Shown here: one piece after another, positions 27,205-37,263 of the stretch
Layout: the number at the start of each line of letters is the position of its first letter
How positions within the stretch are numbered: position 1 is the stretch's first letter
Origin: Clostridium sp. CAG:417
GTDB lineage: Bacteria > Bacillota_I > Bacilli_A > RF39 > UBA660
Length of the DNA: 64,000 nt
Reading direction: 5' to 3'
Assembly: GCA_000432835.1 (NCBI GenBank)
Contig: FR890370.1
Coordinates: forward strand, 26,622 to 90,621
Notes under the pieces: model-generated
Told to the model about the DNA's origin: nothing
What the model saw: the letters and a program-made list of their open reading frames with translations, nothing else
Databases searched by the model: none
Program-made: the position numbers and the translations under genes

Positions 27205-30200
27205 ATGAAATTTGAAAAATTAAAAACAGGAAATGTATCAGAAATAGAAAAATCTATAAGAGAAGATTGGGGTGGAGTTGAAAACATTCTGAAAAAGACA
27301 ATTGAAAACAGAAATGGTAAAGATAAGTATGTATTCTACGATGGACCAATTTATGCCAATGCTAAACCTGGCTTACACCATGTCTTTGCTAAAACTATAA
27401 AAGATGCTATATGTAAATATAAAACAATGCAGGGATATCAAGTTTTAAGAAAAATAGGATTAGATACACATGGACTACCAATTGAAGTTAATGTAGAAAA
27501 AAAGCTTGGTTTCAAAAATAAATCTGATATTGAAAAATTCGGAATAGAAAATTTCTGTAAAGAATGTAACAAAGAAACTGATTCAAATATTGATGAAGTT
27601 AAAAAAGTTACAGAAATGATGGGGCAATTTATTGATTGTACCAATCCATATATAACTTGTACTAATGACTACATTGAGTCAGAATGGTGGTTAATAAAAA
27701 ATATTTTTGATAAAGGATTAATTTATCATGGTAACAAAGTTCTTCCATATTGTCCAAGATGTGGAACAGAATTATCTCAAAATGAAGTATCTCAAGGATA
27801 TCAACAAGATTCTGTTAATACAGTAATCGTTCCTTTAAAACTAATAGATGAAGATTGTTACTTACTAGTTTGGACTACTACACCATGGACTTTGATTGAT
27901 AATGTGGCAACATGCGTAAATCCTGAATATGATTATATTAAAGCATCATCAAAGGGTTACAACTTCATAGTCGGAAAAACTTTAGCTGATAAAGTACTTG
28001 GTGATGATTATGAAGTATTAGAAACTTATAAAGGGGTAGATTTAGTAGGTAAAAAGTATTGCCAATTAATGCCTTTTGCTAAAGTTGAAGGTAAGGCATT
28101 TGAAGTTTTAGCAGACTCTTACGTTACAGCAGAAGATGGTACTGGAATTGTTCATATCGCCCCTGCATATGGTGAAGATGACTCACGTGTTGCAAAAGCC
28201 AATGGTATTAGTTTTTCTCAAAGTGTCAACAAAGATGGTTGTTATACTGTTGGACCTTGGGAGGGCAGAGTAGTAACAGATTCAGAACTTGAACTTGATA
28301 TCATCAAATACTTAAAGGAAAATGATAAACTATTCAAAAAACAAAAAATAACTCATGATTATCCTCATTGTTGGAGATGTAAAAAGCCGTTAATTTATTA
28401 TGCTAAACCAGCATGGTATATTGAAACAACTAAATTAAAACAACAAATAATAGATTGTAATAAAAAAGTTAATTGGTATCCAGCATATGTCGGAGAAAAA
28501 AGATTTAATAACTGGCTAGAAGGAATGGTAGATTGGGGTATTTCTAGAAATAGATACTGGGGTTGTCCTATGCCACTTTGGACTTGTGAATGTGGACATG
28601 TTGAATGTATCGGTTCACTAGATGAATTACAAGAAAAACTAGTAGAAGATATTGATGTTAGAAAGATTGAACTTCATAGACCTTATGTTGATAATCTACA
28701 CATTAAATGTAGTTGCTGTGGCAAAACAATGTCTCGAGTTACTGATGTTATGGACGTATGGTTTGATAGTGGAGCTATGCCTTATGCTCAATTTCATTAT
28801 CCATTTGAGAACAAAGAATTATTTGAATCACAATTCCCAGGTGACTTTATTGCCGAAGGTGTTGACCAAACAAGAGGTTGGTTTAACTCTCTACTTTGCA
28901 TTTCAACATTAGTATCAGGAGTATCTAGCTATAAAAATGTTGTTGTTAATGATATGATGCTTGACGCTCACGGTAAAAAGATGTCAAAATCCGTAGGAAA
29001 TATTATCAATCCAATAGATATTATGACCGAATATGGAGCTGACCCAGTTAGATATTATATGCTATATGCATCTCCAGTATGGACTCCATTAAGATTTGAT
29101 ATGGTAGGCTTAAAAGAAATTTATTCAAAATACTATGCAACATTTAAAAATGCCTATTCCTTCTTCGAAATGTATGCCAATGCCGATAACATTGATCCAA
29201 GAGAATACGACATAAAAGTAGAAGATCGCGAATTAATTGATAAATGGTTACTTTCAAAATTAAACAAGTTAGTTCGTGATGTTATTAATGCTTATGAAGA
29301 GTATGATTTAAACAAAGTTGTAAAATTAATTGTACCTTTCTTAAATGATGATTTATCAAATTGGTATATTAGAAGTAATAGAAGAAGATTCTGGGATAGC
29401 AAGTTAACAAAAAGTAAAAAAAGTGTTTATCAAACAACATACGAAGTTTTAGTTACTTTAGCAAAATTAACTGCGCCTATAACTCCATATATATCAGATG
29501 AAATTTATACTAAATTAACTGGTGAAGAAAGTGTTCATTTAGCAGACTTTCCAAAGTTTAATGAAAATTTAGTAAATGAAGAAGTAGAAGAGAAAATGGA
29601 TCTTGTAAGAGATATCTGTAGTCTAGGACGTGATGCTCGTGAAACAGCAAATATCAAAGTTAGACAACCAATTAGTGAAGTAATATTAGACAGCTCTATA
29701 AAAAATATCATTGGAAATTTAGATTCAATAATAAAAGAAGAATTAAATGTTAAAGAATTATCTTACAAAGATGACATGACAGATTACTTAACTTACACTT
29801 TAAAACCAAACTTTAAAGTGTTAGGTAAAACATTAGGTTCTAAAATAAAAGTGTTACAAGAACAATTAAAGACTTTACCTAGTGAAGAGGCATTAAAGAC
29901 ACAAAATGAATCAATTACAATAAAATTAGAGGGTGAAAACTTTACGCTTGATGCCCAAAATACCATTCTTTCAATTGAAGTTAAAGATGGATATCAAGCC
30001 TCAAGTGATAATAAGACATGTGTTGTTCTTAATACCAATTTAACCGAAAGCCTAATTCTAGAAGGCTTAGCTCGTGAAATGGTTAGAACTATCCAAAGTC
30101 TAAGAAAAGAAAAAGATTTTGTAATCACTGATCATATAAATGTATATTATAATGGCGATACTGATATAGATCATATGCTAGATACATATAAAGATTATGT

Positions 30201-30303
30201 AGAAAATGAAACTTTAGCTAATAAAATTGAAAAACAAGAAGTTAATAGTGAAGAATACGATCTAAATGGACATCCTATTAAGATAGAAGTAGAAAAAGCA
30301 TAA
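27205..30303 (+). CDS. ileS: Isoleucine--tRNA ligase, long (type 2-like) form
   Basis: 1032 aa with KMSKS (KMSKSVGN), a CP1 editing domain and WTTTPWTL. The HIGH-position motif reads PGLHHV. Confidence 0.95.
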   Translation: MKFEKLKTGNVSEIEKSIREDWGGVENILKKTIENRNGKDKYVFYDGPIYANAKPGLHHVFAKTIKDAICKYKTMQGYQVLRKIGLDTHGLPIEVNVEKKLGFKNKSDIEKFGIENFCKECNKETDSNIDEVKKVTEMMGQFIDCTNPYITCTNDYIESEWWLIKNIFDKGLIYHGNKVLPYCPRCGTELSQNEVSQGYQQDSVNTVIVPLKLIDEDCYLLVWTTTPWTLIDNVATCVNPEYDYIKASSKGYNFIVGKTLADKVLGDDYEVLETYKGVDLVGKKYCQLMPFAKVEGKAFEVLADSYVTAEDGTGIVHIAPAYGEDDSRVAKANGISFSQSVNKDGCYTVGPWEGRVVTDSELELDIIKYLKENDKLFKKQKITHDYPHCWRCKKPLIYYAKPAWYIETTKLKQQIIDCNKKVNWYPAYVGEKRFNNWLEGMVDWGISRNRYWGCPMPLWTCECGHVECIGSLDELQEKLVEDIDVRKIELHRPYVDNLHIKCSCCGKTMSRVTDVMDVWFDSGAMPYAQFHYPFENKELFESQFPGDFIAEGVDQTRGWFNSLLCISTLVSGVSSYKNVVVNDMMLDAHGKKMSKSVGNIINPIDIMTEYGADPVRYYMLYASPVWTPLRFDMVGLKEIYSKYYATFKNAYSFFEMYANADNIDPREYDIKVEDRELIDKWLLSKLNKLVRDVINAYEEYDLNKVVKLIVPFLNDDLSNWYIRSNRRRFWDSKLTKSKKSVYQTTYEVLVTLAKLTAPITPYISDEIYTKLTGEESVHLADFPKFNENLVNEEVEEKMDLVRDICSLGRDARETANIKVRQPISEVILDSSIKNIIGNLDSIIKEELNVKELSYKDDMTDYLTYTLKPNFKVLGKTLGSKIKVLQEQLKTLPSEEALKTQNESITIKLEGENFTLDAQNTILSIEVKDGYQASSDNKTCVVLNTNLTESLILEGLAREMVRTIQSLRKEKDFVITDHINVYYNGDTDIDHMLDTYKDYVENETLANKIEKQEVNSEEYDLNGHPIKIEVEKA

Positions 30304-30305
30304 TA

Positions 30306-30342
30306 AAAAATACTAGATTTTTAAAAGTCTAGTATTTTTTTT
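30306..30342. terminator. Bidirectional terminator between convergent ileS and the arginase gene
   Basis: AAAAATACTAGA / TCTAGTATTTTT stem flanked by A- and T-runs. It overlaps the arginase stop codon. Confidence 0.75.
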
Positions 30343-31240
30343 GATTAATTATTTTTCCCTTAACTTCTTCAACCACCTGAACTGTTCTAGCTACCATATT
30401 TAAAGCCAGCTGTTCTGTTTTTCTATCTTCATCACGTAATGGATTAAATTCTACAATGTCCATAGAAGAAATACTATTAATATGTTTTAAAACTTCTTCT
30501 AAAATTTCCATAGCCTCTTTATCATTTATACCGTCAACTTCTGGAATAGATACACCAGGAGCAAAGTCAGGATCAACAACATCAATGTCATAGCTTACAT
30601 GAACGGACTTATTTCTATCTAGAGCAATTTTAAATGCTTCATCAACGACTGTTTTAATTCCCATTTTTTTAATATCTTCAGTAGAGTAAACTGTTACTCC
30701 AGAATATTTAATATTATCTTCTTCCCATGGATCAATACTTCTAGCTCCAATAATTACTGTTTTTCGTGGATCAATACACTGTCCGTCAAAAAAAGTTCTA
30801 AGTTCTTCACATTTCCATCCTGTAATAGCGGCACATGGTAGACCATGTATATTTCCTGAAACGGTAGTTTCAAAAGTATTATAGTCTGTATGAGCATCAA
30901 TCCAAATCATTCCCACATGACCATCATTAATCTTAGAATCAGCAAGAGCACTAGCGACTGCAACAGAGTGATCACCTCCCAGTGTAAGTGGGAATAATCC
31001 TTCTTTCATCTTCTTTAATTCCAATTTATATAAAGCCGTATTAAAACGCTCTATTTCAACATCATTTTTCTTTCTATCAGATAAATTACGACTCTTAACA
31101 ATTCCTTCATCTTGCATTAAATTTATCATCTCACCATGATATATTGGTTTCATATCATTCATTAATTGTAATGGTCCTAGATGAGCTCCATCAATATGAA
31201 CTCCTAAATCTGAACCAGCACCTATAATCACTGCTTTCAT
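30329..31240 (-). CDS. Arginase (ureohydrolase family)
   Basis: LTLGGDHSVAV, IWIDAHTDYN, GNIHGLP and SYDIDVVDP Mn-binding motifs. The start MKAVIIG (31240) follows GGTGGTGA. Agmatinase or formiminoglutamase is not strictly excluded. Confidence 0.85.
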   Translation of the reverse strand: MKAVIIGAGSDLGVHIDGAHLGPLQLMNDMKPIYHGEMINLMQDEGIVKSRNLSDRKKNDVEIERFNTALYKLELKKMKEGLFPLTLGGDHSVAVASALADSKINDGHVGMIWIDAHTDYNTFETTVSGNIHGLPCAAITGWKCEELRTFFDGQCIDPRKTVIIGARSIDPWEEDNIKYSGVTVYSTEDIKKMGIKTVVDEAFKIALDRNKSVHVSYDIDVVDPDFAPGVSIPEVDGINDKEAMEILEEVLKHINSISSMDIVEFNPLRDEDRKTEQLALNMVARTVQVVEEVKGKIINQKKY

Positions 31241-31340
31241 CTTATCACCACCATACATTTTACCGTAAATATATGTATATTTCAACCATTTACCTTTTAT
31301 TTTTGCCAACTTTACGCTATACTATTCATAGGTGATAAAA

Positions 31341-32792
31341 ATGAAAAAATTAAGTGAATTATTTGATATCGATAGTGATGTAGAAATAAAAAGAATAGCT
31401 ATTAATTCAAAACAAGTAGAACCAGGTGACTTGTTTGTTTGCACTATGGGGGTTAAAGCAGATCGTCATGATTTTATAGATGATGCCATCAAAAATGGAG
31501 CCAGTGCCATTGTGGTAAGTAAAGATGTTGGCAAAAAATCTGTTCCTATAATAAAAGTAGATAACACTAATGAAGAATTACCAAGAATCTGTTCCAAATT
31601 TTATGACTATCCTGATAAAAAACTAAAAATGATTGGAATAACAGGAACTGACGGTAAAACAAGTACCACAACAATTATTCAAACTCTAATTGGTAAAGAT
31701 AATTGTGGCTATATTGGTACAAATGGTTATAGTTATAAAGATAAAAAAGGAGATACCGAGAATACAACTCCTGATAGTCATAATTTATATAGGTATTTTA
31801 ATGATTTTGTTGAAGCTGGATGCAAATATTGTTCAATGGAAGCAAGTAGTGAAGCCTTTTTTAGAAATAGACTTACAGAACTAGAATTTGATATTTCTGG
31901 TATTACCAATATTACCCGTGAACATTTAAATATTCATGGAAGTTATGAAAACTATATTGAATGTAAGTGCAAATTATTTAAACAAACCAAAAAAGATGGT
32001 TGTTGTATTCTAAACCATGATGATGAGGCCTTTGAGATATGCAAAAAAGCTTGTAACGGACAAGTTGTAACATATGGAAAAGGAGATGATAATACACTAC
32101 AAATTGTAGATTACAAAGTCTATCCTACACATACTGATATTACTTACAAGTATGATTCAAAACTTCATAATATAAAGAGTCCATTACTAGGTGGATTTAA
32201 TGTTTATAACCTAGCGTGCGCAATACTTTGCTGTTTATCCTTAGGCTTTAAGTGGGAAGAGTTCCAAGATAATATCAAAAATATTTATGTTGATGGAAGA
32301 CTTGAAATGTTAAAAACAGATACACCATATTATGTTATGGTAGATTATGCTCATACTCCTAATGGAATTAGCAATCTTTTAAACTTTGTTCATACTCTAG
32401 ACATTAATCGTTCTATAGTAGTCATTGGTTCAGCTGGTGAAAGGGACTATTTGAAAAGACCAATCATGGGTGAAACAATTTTAAGTAATGCAAGCTACGC
32501 CATTTTCTGTTATGAAGATCCACGAAGTGAAGACCCACTAGACATTATTAACCAATTAGTGTCAACTGCCAAGGCTAAACATACAAATTACGAAATAGAA
32601 GTAGACCGTCACAAAGCGATTGAAAAGGCAATAAATATGGCTAAAGATAAAGATATTGTTTTAATACTTGGTAAAGGTAATGAAACATATCAAAAACTAA
32701 AAAATGAAACAATTTACTTTAATGATGTCGAAGAAGGTTATAAAGCAGTAGAAAAAAGAAAACAAAGAGAAAAAGAAGAAATTAAGTTATAA
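31341..32792 (+). CDS. murE: UDP-N-acetylmuramoyl-L-alanyl-D-glutamate--diamino acid ligase (MurE)
   Basis: GITGTDGKTSTT P-loop and a Mur ligase domain layout. The EDPRSEDP segment at the DNPR position retains Arg, which hints at meso-DAP specificity with low certainty. Confidence 0.9.
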   Translation: MKKLSELFDIDSDVEIKRIAINSKQVEPGDLFVCTMGVKADRHDFIDDAIKNGASAIVVSKDVGKKSVPIIKVDNTNEELPRICSKFYDYPDKKLKMIGITGTDGKTSTTTIIQTLIGKDNCGYIGTNGYSYKDKKGDTENTTPDSHNLYRYFNDFVEAGCKYCSMEASSEAFFRNRLTELEFDISGITNITREHLNIHGSYENYIECKCKLFKQTKKDGCCILNHDDEAFEICKKACNGQVVTYGKGDDNTLQIVDYKVYPTHTDITYKYDSKLHNIKSPLLGGFNVYNLACAILCCLSLGFKWEEFQDNIKNIYVDGRLEMLKTDTPYYVMVDYAHTPNGISNLLNFVHTLDINRSIVVIGSAGERDYLKRPIMGETILSNASYAIFCYEDPRSEDPLDIINQLVSTAKAKHTNYEIEVDRHKAIEKAINMAKDKDIVLILGKGNETYQKLKNETIYFNDVEEGYKAVEKRKQREKEEIKL

Positions 32793-32821
32793 AATATTGC
32801 AAAAAGGCAATATTTTTTTTA
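32793..32821 (+). terminator. Rho-independent terminator after murE
   Basis: AATATTGC-AAAAAG-GCAATATT hairpin followed by T7. Confidence 0.75.
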
Positions 32822-32901
32822 ATTTATATAAAAAAAGTTACTACTTCCATTATTATACTTGTCATTTTTTATATTTTGTTTTAAAATGTATATGTACTTA
32901 T

Positions 32902-32976
32902 TGCTCCATAGCCAAGCGGTAAGGCAGTGCGCTCTGACCGCACGATGCGTTAGTTCGAATCTAACTGGAGCAGCCA
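32902..32976 (+). tRNA. tRNA-Gln (anticodon CTG), with encoded CCA
   Basis: TGCTCCATAGCCAAGCGGTAAGGCAGTGCGCTCTGACCGCACGATGCGTTAGTTCGAATCTAACTGGAGCAGCCA. The acceptor is TGCTCCA/TGGAGCA, the anticodon stem GTGCG/CGCAC and the loop CTCTGAC. Confidence 0.9.
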
Positions 32977-32986
32977 TATTGAAATT

Positions 32987-33007
32987 AAACACATTATGTG
33001 TTTTTTT
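32987..33007 (+). terminator. Short hairpin plus T-run between tRNA-Gln and gltX
   Basis: AAACACA-TTA-TGTGTTT followed by T-rich sequence. The loop is tight, so the effective stem is shorter. Confidence 0.45.
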
Positions 33008-33032
33008 AATAATAAAGAAAAGAGGAATCCTA

Positions 33033-34679
33033 ATGACTGATATAGAAAGAAATGAACTTGCTGAAATATTGTTTCCCCATATTACAAGAACAAGAGATGA
33101 ATTTGAACAAAAATATCCTGAAAGAAATTTAAAAGAAGGAGCTAAAGTAACCCGTTTTGCTCCAAGTCCAACAGGTTTTATGCATATGGGTGGATTGGAA
33201 AGTGCTTTCCTAGATTACATATTCGCAAAACAAAGTGATGGCATCTTCTTCCTAAGACTAGAAGATACTGATCAAGAACGATATGTAGAAGGTGCAACAG
33301 ACCTAATTAAATCATCCCTTGAAACATTTGATATTATGCCTGATGAAGGAGCAATAACAGGTGGCGCCTATGGACCATATACTCAGAGCGAAAGAAAAGA
33401 AATTTATCAAACATATATTAAAGACTTAATTAAAAATGGTCTTGCTTACCCTTGCTTTATGACAAAAGAAGAATTACAAGAAATAAGAGAAGGGCAAGAA
33501 TTAAGAAAAGAGCCTATTGGTGTATATGGGCATTATGCAGTTGATAGAGATTTATCATTAGATGAAATAAAAGAACATCTAAAAAATAATGATGATTATG
33601 TTGTTAGAATTAAATCTCCTGGTGATATGTCAAAACAAGTAACTCTACATGATTTAATTAAGGGTGATATTACAATGCCAGAAAATGTCATTGATGAAGT
33701 AATCATGAAAAAAGATGGTCTTCCAACATACCATTTTGCTCATGTTATAGATGATCACTTAATGCATACAACAGTTGTTATAAGAGGAGACGAATGGGTA
33801 CCAAGTTATCCCAAACATCTTCAGCTATTCCAACTTATGGGATTTAAATTACCAAAATATGCTCACTATGCTCCGCTTACAAAAAAAGAAAATGGTAACA
33901 TTCGTAAATTAAGTAAAAGAAAAGATCCAGAGTTTTCCGTTAGCTATTACGATGAAGCAGGTATACCTAGTGAAGGAGTAAAACTATTCTTATCAACAAT
34001 TATTAATACAAACTTTGAAGAATGGTATTTACAAAATAGTGATAAGTCCTATTTAGACTTCCAATTTAGTTTTAAGAAAATGCCTACCGGTGGGACATTA
34101 TTTGATACCGAAAAATTAAATAATATTTGTCGTACTTATTTTTCAAGAATAAGTGCTTCAAAAATATATGAAGATAGCCTTACTTACTTTAAAAAATACG
34201 ATGAAGAATTCTATAATATTATGGTAACAAATAAAGACAGATTAATAGATTTCTTAGATATTGAAAGAAATGGTAAACGTCCACGTAAAGATATAGCTAC
34301 ATATAAAGATGTCAAGAGTGAGTCAATGTATATGTTTAATGAATACTTCTATAAAGATAAGAAAGAAACTTATAAGGAAATAGATAAGGCAGGTATTGAT
34401 GTAGAATTACTACATAAATACTTAGAAGTATTTGATGAACATGATGATAATGATACATGGTATAGTAAGATTCAAAACCTTGCTACTGAAAATAATTATG
34501 CTCCATCAACAAAAGAGTACAAAGCTTCTCCTGAATCATATAAAGGACATATAGGTAATATTTGTGAAATGATAAGACATGTAGTAACTGGAAAAAATCA
34601 AACTCCAAACCTTTCTAATATTTTAAGTATTTTAGGAAAAGAAGAAATTAGTAAAAGAATAAGCTTTTTTGAAAATTAG
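33033..34679 (+). CDS. gltX: Glutamate--tRNA ligase (long form, 548 aa)
   Basis: RFAPSPTGFMHMGG (HIGH region) and IRKLSKRK (KMSKS region). The ATG at 33033 follows AGAGGAA. The ORF-track N-terminal extension runs through the tRNA-Gln gene and is an artefact. Confidence 0.9.
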   Translation: MTDIERNELAEILFPHITRTRDEFEQKYPERNLKEGAKVTRFAPSPTGFMHMGGLESAFLDYIFAKQSDGIFFLRLEDTDQERYVEGATDLIKSSLETFDIMPDEGAITGGAYGPYTQSERKEIYQTYIKDLIKNGLAYPCFMTKEELQEIREGQELRKEPIGVYGHYAVDRDLSLDEIKEHLKNNDDYVVRIKSPGDMSKQVTLHDLIKGDITMPENVIDEVIMKKDGLPTYHFAHVIDDHLMHTTVVIRGDEWVPSYPKHLQLFQLMGFKLPKYAHYAPLTKKENGNIRKLSKRKDPEFSVSYYDEAGIPSEGVKLFLSTIINTNFEEWYLQNSDKSYLDFQFSFKKMPTGGTLFDTEKLNNICRTYFSRISASKIYEDSLTYFKKYDEEFYNIMVTNKDRLIDFLDIERNGKRPRKDIATYKDVKSESMYMFNEYFYKDKKETYKEIDKAGIDVELLHKYLEVFDEHDDNDTWYSKIQNLATENNYAPSTKEYKASPESYKGHIGNICEMIRHVVTGKNQTPNLSNILSILGKEEISKRISFFEN

Positions 34680-34758
34680 CTTATTTTTTTGACTTTATGG
34701 GTTGATTTTTCTTGAAATTAATATTATTCTTATATCTAGAATAGGAGAGTGTAAAAGA

Positions 34759-37257
34759 GTGAAAAATAAAAATAGAAAATACATTGTATATGTATTATTA
34801 TTAATATTGTGCATAAGCATCGGTTATGCGGCCTTGTCAACAACCCTAAATATTACCGGTGTTTCTAATATTAATAGTGCTAAATGGGATATCCATTTTG
34901 AAAACGTCAAAGTTAGCGATACAAGCGTTACTGCAACTTCACCCGCTGCAATAGATGCTGCTAAAACGACCGTTAACTATAGCGTTCGTCTTCCTAAACC
35001 AGGAGACAGTTACACATTTACAGTAGATGTTGTAAATGCTGGAACAATAGATGCAATGATTAGTGAGGTTATAAATACTAGTCTTGAAGCAGATACTAAA
35101 AAATATCTTGATTATACTGTTAACTATGCTAATGGATTAAGCGTTGCAGTTAAAGATCAATTAAAAGCTGGAGAAACAGTAAAAATGCAGGTTTCTGTAA
35201 AATATAAGACTGATTTAAATGCCAGCGATCTACCAACAGAGGATAAACCACTTGATTTATCATTCAGGGTAACATATATTCAAGCAGATGAGACATCCAA
35301 CGCTATTACATCAAATCCAATCATGAATAGTGATACAAAAGGAAACTATCACAGTGATACATATAAATCAAAAGTAACAAAGATTAGTACAAAGAAGGTC
35401 CTATCAGTTCCAGATACAGCCATTGAAAGTTGGGACGTATCAGTGGCACAAGATGGTTCGATTAAAGCTTATGTTGAAGACAATGGAGCAGGTGGTTACA
35501 ATGTTACAATCTGTGCCGATGGCGAGATTTATTTAAACCCATCATCTAAATCACTATTTTCTGGATTCATTAATTTAACTACATTAGACTTAAGTAATAT
35601 AAATACAAAATGTGCATCAGATATATCCCTTCTTATTTCTGGATGTAGTAATCTAGTAAATCTAAGTCTACCAATACTTGATACAACTAATTTAACAAAT
35701 ATGAATGGAGCATTTGCCGGATGCTCAAGCCTTAAGAGTGTAAAATTACAAACTTCAAGTAAAAAGAGTAAATTACAGGATATGGGGGGCTTATTTAGTA
35801 GTTGTTCAGCCCTAACATCTATAGATATAAAAAGTCTTGACACCAGCAAAGTTACTAACATTAGTGGAATCTTTGGTGGAATGTCATCAATAACATCCAT
35901 TGATATGAGCAATATGAATCTTAGTAGTACAAGTGCAATTGGTGGTCTAGTTTCTGGATGTAGTAGCCTAGAAACACTAAATTTATCAGGAGTAAACTTT
36001 AGTAATGTAATGGGAGTTGGTGGATTCCTTGATGGAGCTGGAGCACTAAAAACCCTAAATATGAGTAATACAAAATTACCTAAGGCTAGAAATCTTGGTG
36101 GATTCTTATATGGTGCAACAAACCTAGAAACACTTAATTTAAGTGGTGCTGATTTCAGTGGAGTAACTGATATTAATTCAGGATTTAGCTATTCTAAGGG
36201 ATTAAAAACATTAAACATGAGCAATGCCAAATTTAGTAGCTTAACTTCAATACCTATATTATTTTCAGGTTATTCTTCTTTAGAAACTGTTGATTTATCA
36301 GGAGCAGATTTCAGTAATACTACTAGTATTCAATATTTTTTCTCATCATGTAATAATTTAAAAACAGTCAATATGAGTCAAATGAATTTATCATCACTTA
36401 CTAATATGCAAGGAGTATTTAGTAGTTGTAAGAAATTAACAGATGTTGATTTAAGTAATATAGTTACACCTAAAATAACCGACTTAAGTAATCTATTTAA
36501 TCAATGCGAATCTCTAACTTCTGTAAACTTTAAGGGAATGGATACTCAAACTGTAACAGATATGTCTAATATGTTTTATAACTGTACAGGACTTGTTAAC
36601 ATAGATCTTAGTCCACTTAATACAAAAAGCGTTACAACTATGTATCAAATGTTTTGGAATTGTACAAGCCTTGCTAAATTAGATCTTAGTAAGTTCAACA
36701 CTTCAAACGTTAAGTCCATGGCTTCTATGTTCCAACAATGTTCTGCTTTAACTAGCATAGATGTTAGTAGTTTTGATACTTCTAATGTTACTAATATGGA
36801 TAACATTTTTGAGTCATGCAGGAGTATAACAAGTCTAAATTTAAAGAATTTTACTACCAAAAAACTAACTTCAATGTGGGGAATGTTTAAAAATTGTGAA
36901 AAGTTAGCTTCTCTTAATATAAGTAACTTTACTACAGCAAATGTAACTAGTATGCAAGAAATGTTTGCTTATTGTAATAGTTTGGGTACCATAGATTTAA
37001 GTAAATTTGATACTACCAATGTCACAAATATGAATTCAATGTTTTATAATTGTTATAAAATAAATACTAAATTAGCAATTAAAAATAACTCTATTAGTTC
37101 ATATAATTACTCATCTATGTTCTCAAGTGCAGCTCGTGAAACAGGTTCGAAAATCGTTTTAGACTATATTTCAACAACATCTGATTTAGTAGATAAAATG
37201 ATTGCGACAGCTTATTCTAGCAGTAACATTTCAAAGGGTAGTTTACTAGCTAGTTAA
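34759..37257 (+). CDS. Secreted/surface protein: signal-anchor, ~190-aa beta-rich N-domain, ~20 BspA/DUF285-type leucine-rich repeats
   Basis: GTG at 34759 follows TAGGAGAG. The TM is YIVYVLLLILCISIGYAAL. The repeat consensus is ~25-26 aa, F..C.sLtslDLSnFdTsnVTnM. No LPXTG or other C-terminal anchor is seen. Confidence 0.8.
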   Translation: MKNKNRKYIVYVLLLILCISIGYAALSTTLNITGVSNINSAKWDIHFENVKVSDTSVTATSPAAIDAAKTTVNYSVRLPKPGDSYTFTVDVVNAGTIDAMISEVINTSLEADTKKYLDYTVNYANGLSVAVKDQLKAGETVKMQVSVKYKTDLNASDLPTEDKPLDLSFRVTYIQADETSNAITSNPIMNSDTKGNYHSDTYKSKVTKISTKKVLSVPDTAIESWDVSVAQDGSIKAYVEDNGAGGYNVTICADGEIYLNPSSKSLFSGFINLTTLDLSNINTKCASDISLLISGCSNLVNLSLPILDTTNLTNMNGAFAGCSSLKSVKLQTSSKKSKLQDMGGLFSSCSALTSIDIKSLDTSKVTNISGIFGGMSSITSIDMSNMNLSSTSAIGGLVSGCSSLETLNLSGVNFSNVMGVGGFLDGAGALKTLNMSNTKLPKARNLGGFLYGATNLETLNLSGADFSGVTDINSGFSYSKGLKTLNMSNAKFSSLTSIPILFSGYSSLETVDLSGADFSNTTSIQYFFSSCNNLKTVNMSQMNLSSLTNMQGVFSSCKKLTDVDLSNIVTPKITDLSNLFNQCESLTSVNFKGMDTQTVTDMSNMFYNCTGLVNIDLSPLNTKSVTTMYQMFWNCTSLAKLDLSKFNTSNVKSMASMFQQCSALTSIDVSSFDTSNVTNMDNIFESCRSITSLNLKNFTTKKLTSMWGMFKNCEKLASLNISNFTTANVTSMQEMFAYCNSLGTIDLSKFDTTNVTNMNSMFYNCYKINTKLAIKNNSISSYNYSSMFSSAARETGSKIVLDYISTTSDLVDKMIATAYSSSNISKGSLLAS
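35551..37065 (+). repeat. About 20 tandem ~75-78-nt coding repeats (LRR_5/DUF285-like) inside the surface protein gene
   Basis: I counted 20 consecutive units in the translation, from SLFSGFINLTTLDLSNINTK.. to ..NSMFYNCYKIN. The units are degenerate at the DNA level. Confidence 0.8.
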
Positions 37258-37263
37258 AAGAAA

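Noticed and set aside
32859-33032. The N-terminal 58 codons of the listed 606-aa ORF upstream of gltX.
   Set aside because: This stretch reads straight through the tRNA-Gln gene and its hairpin. A good RBS and ATG at 33033 give a normal GluRS N-terminus.
35551-37065. Regular ~75-78-nt periodicity that could at first glance suggest a CRISPR-like or satellite array.
   Set aside because: The periodicity is at the protein level (LRR units in one long open frame). The DNA units are degenerate and there is no repeat-spacer structure.
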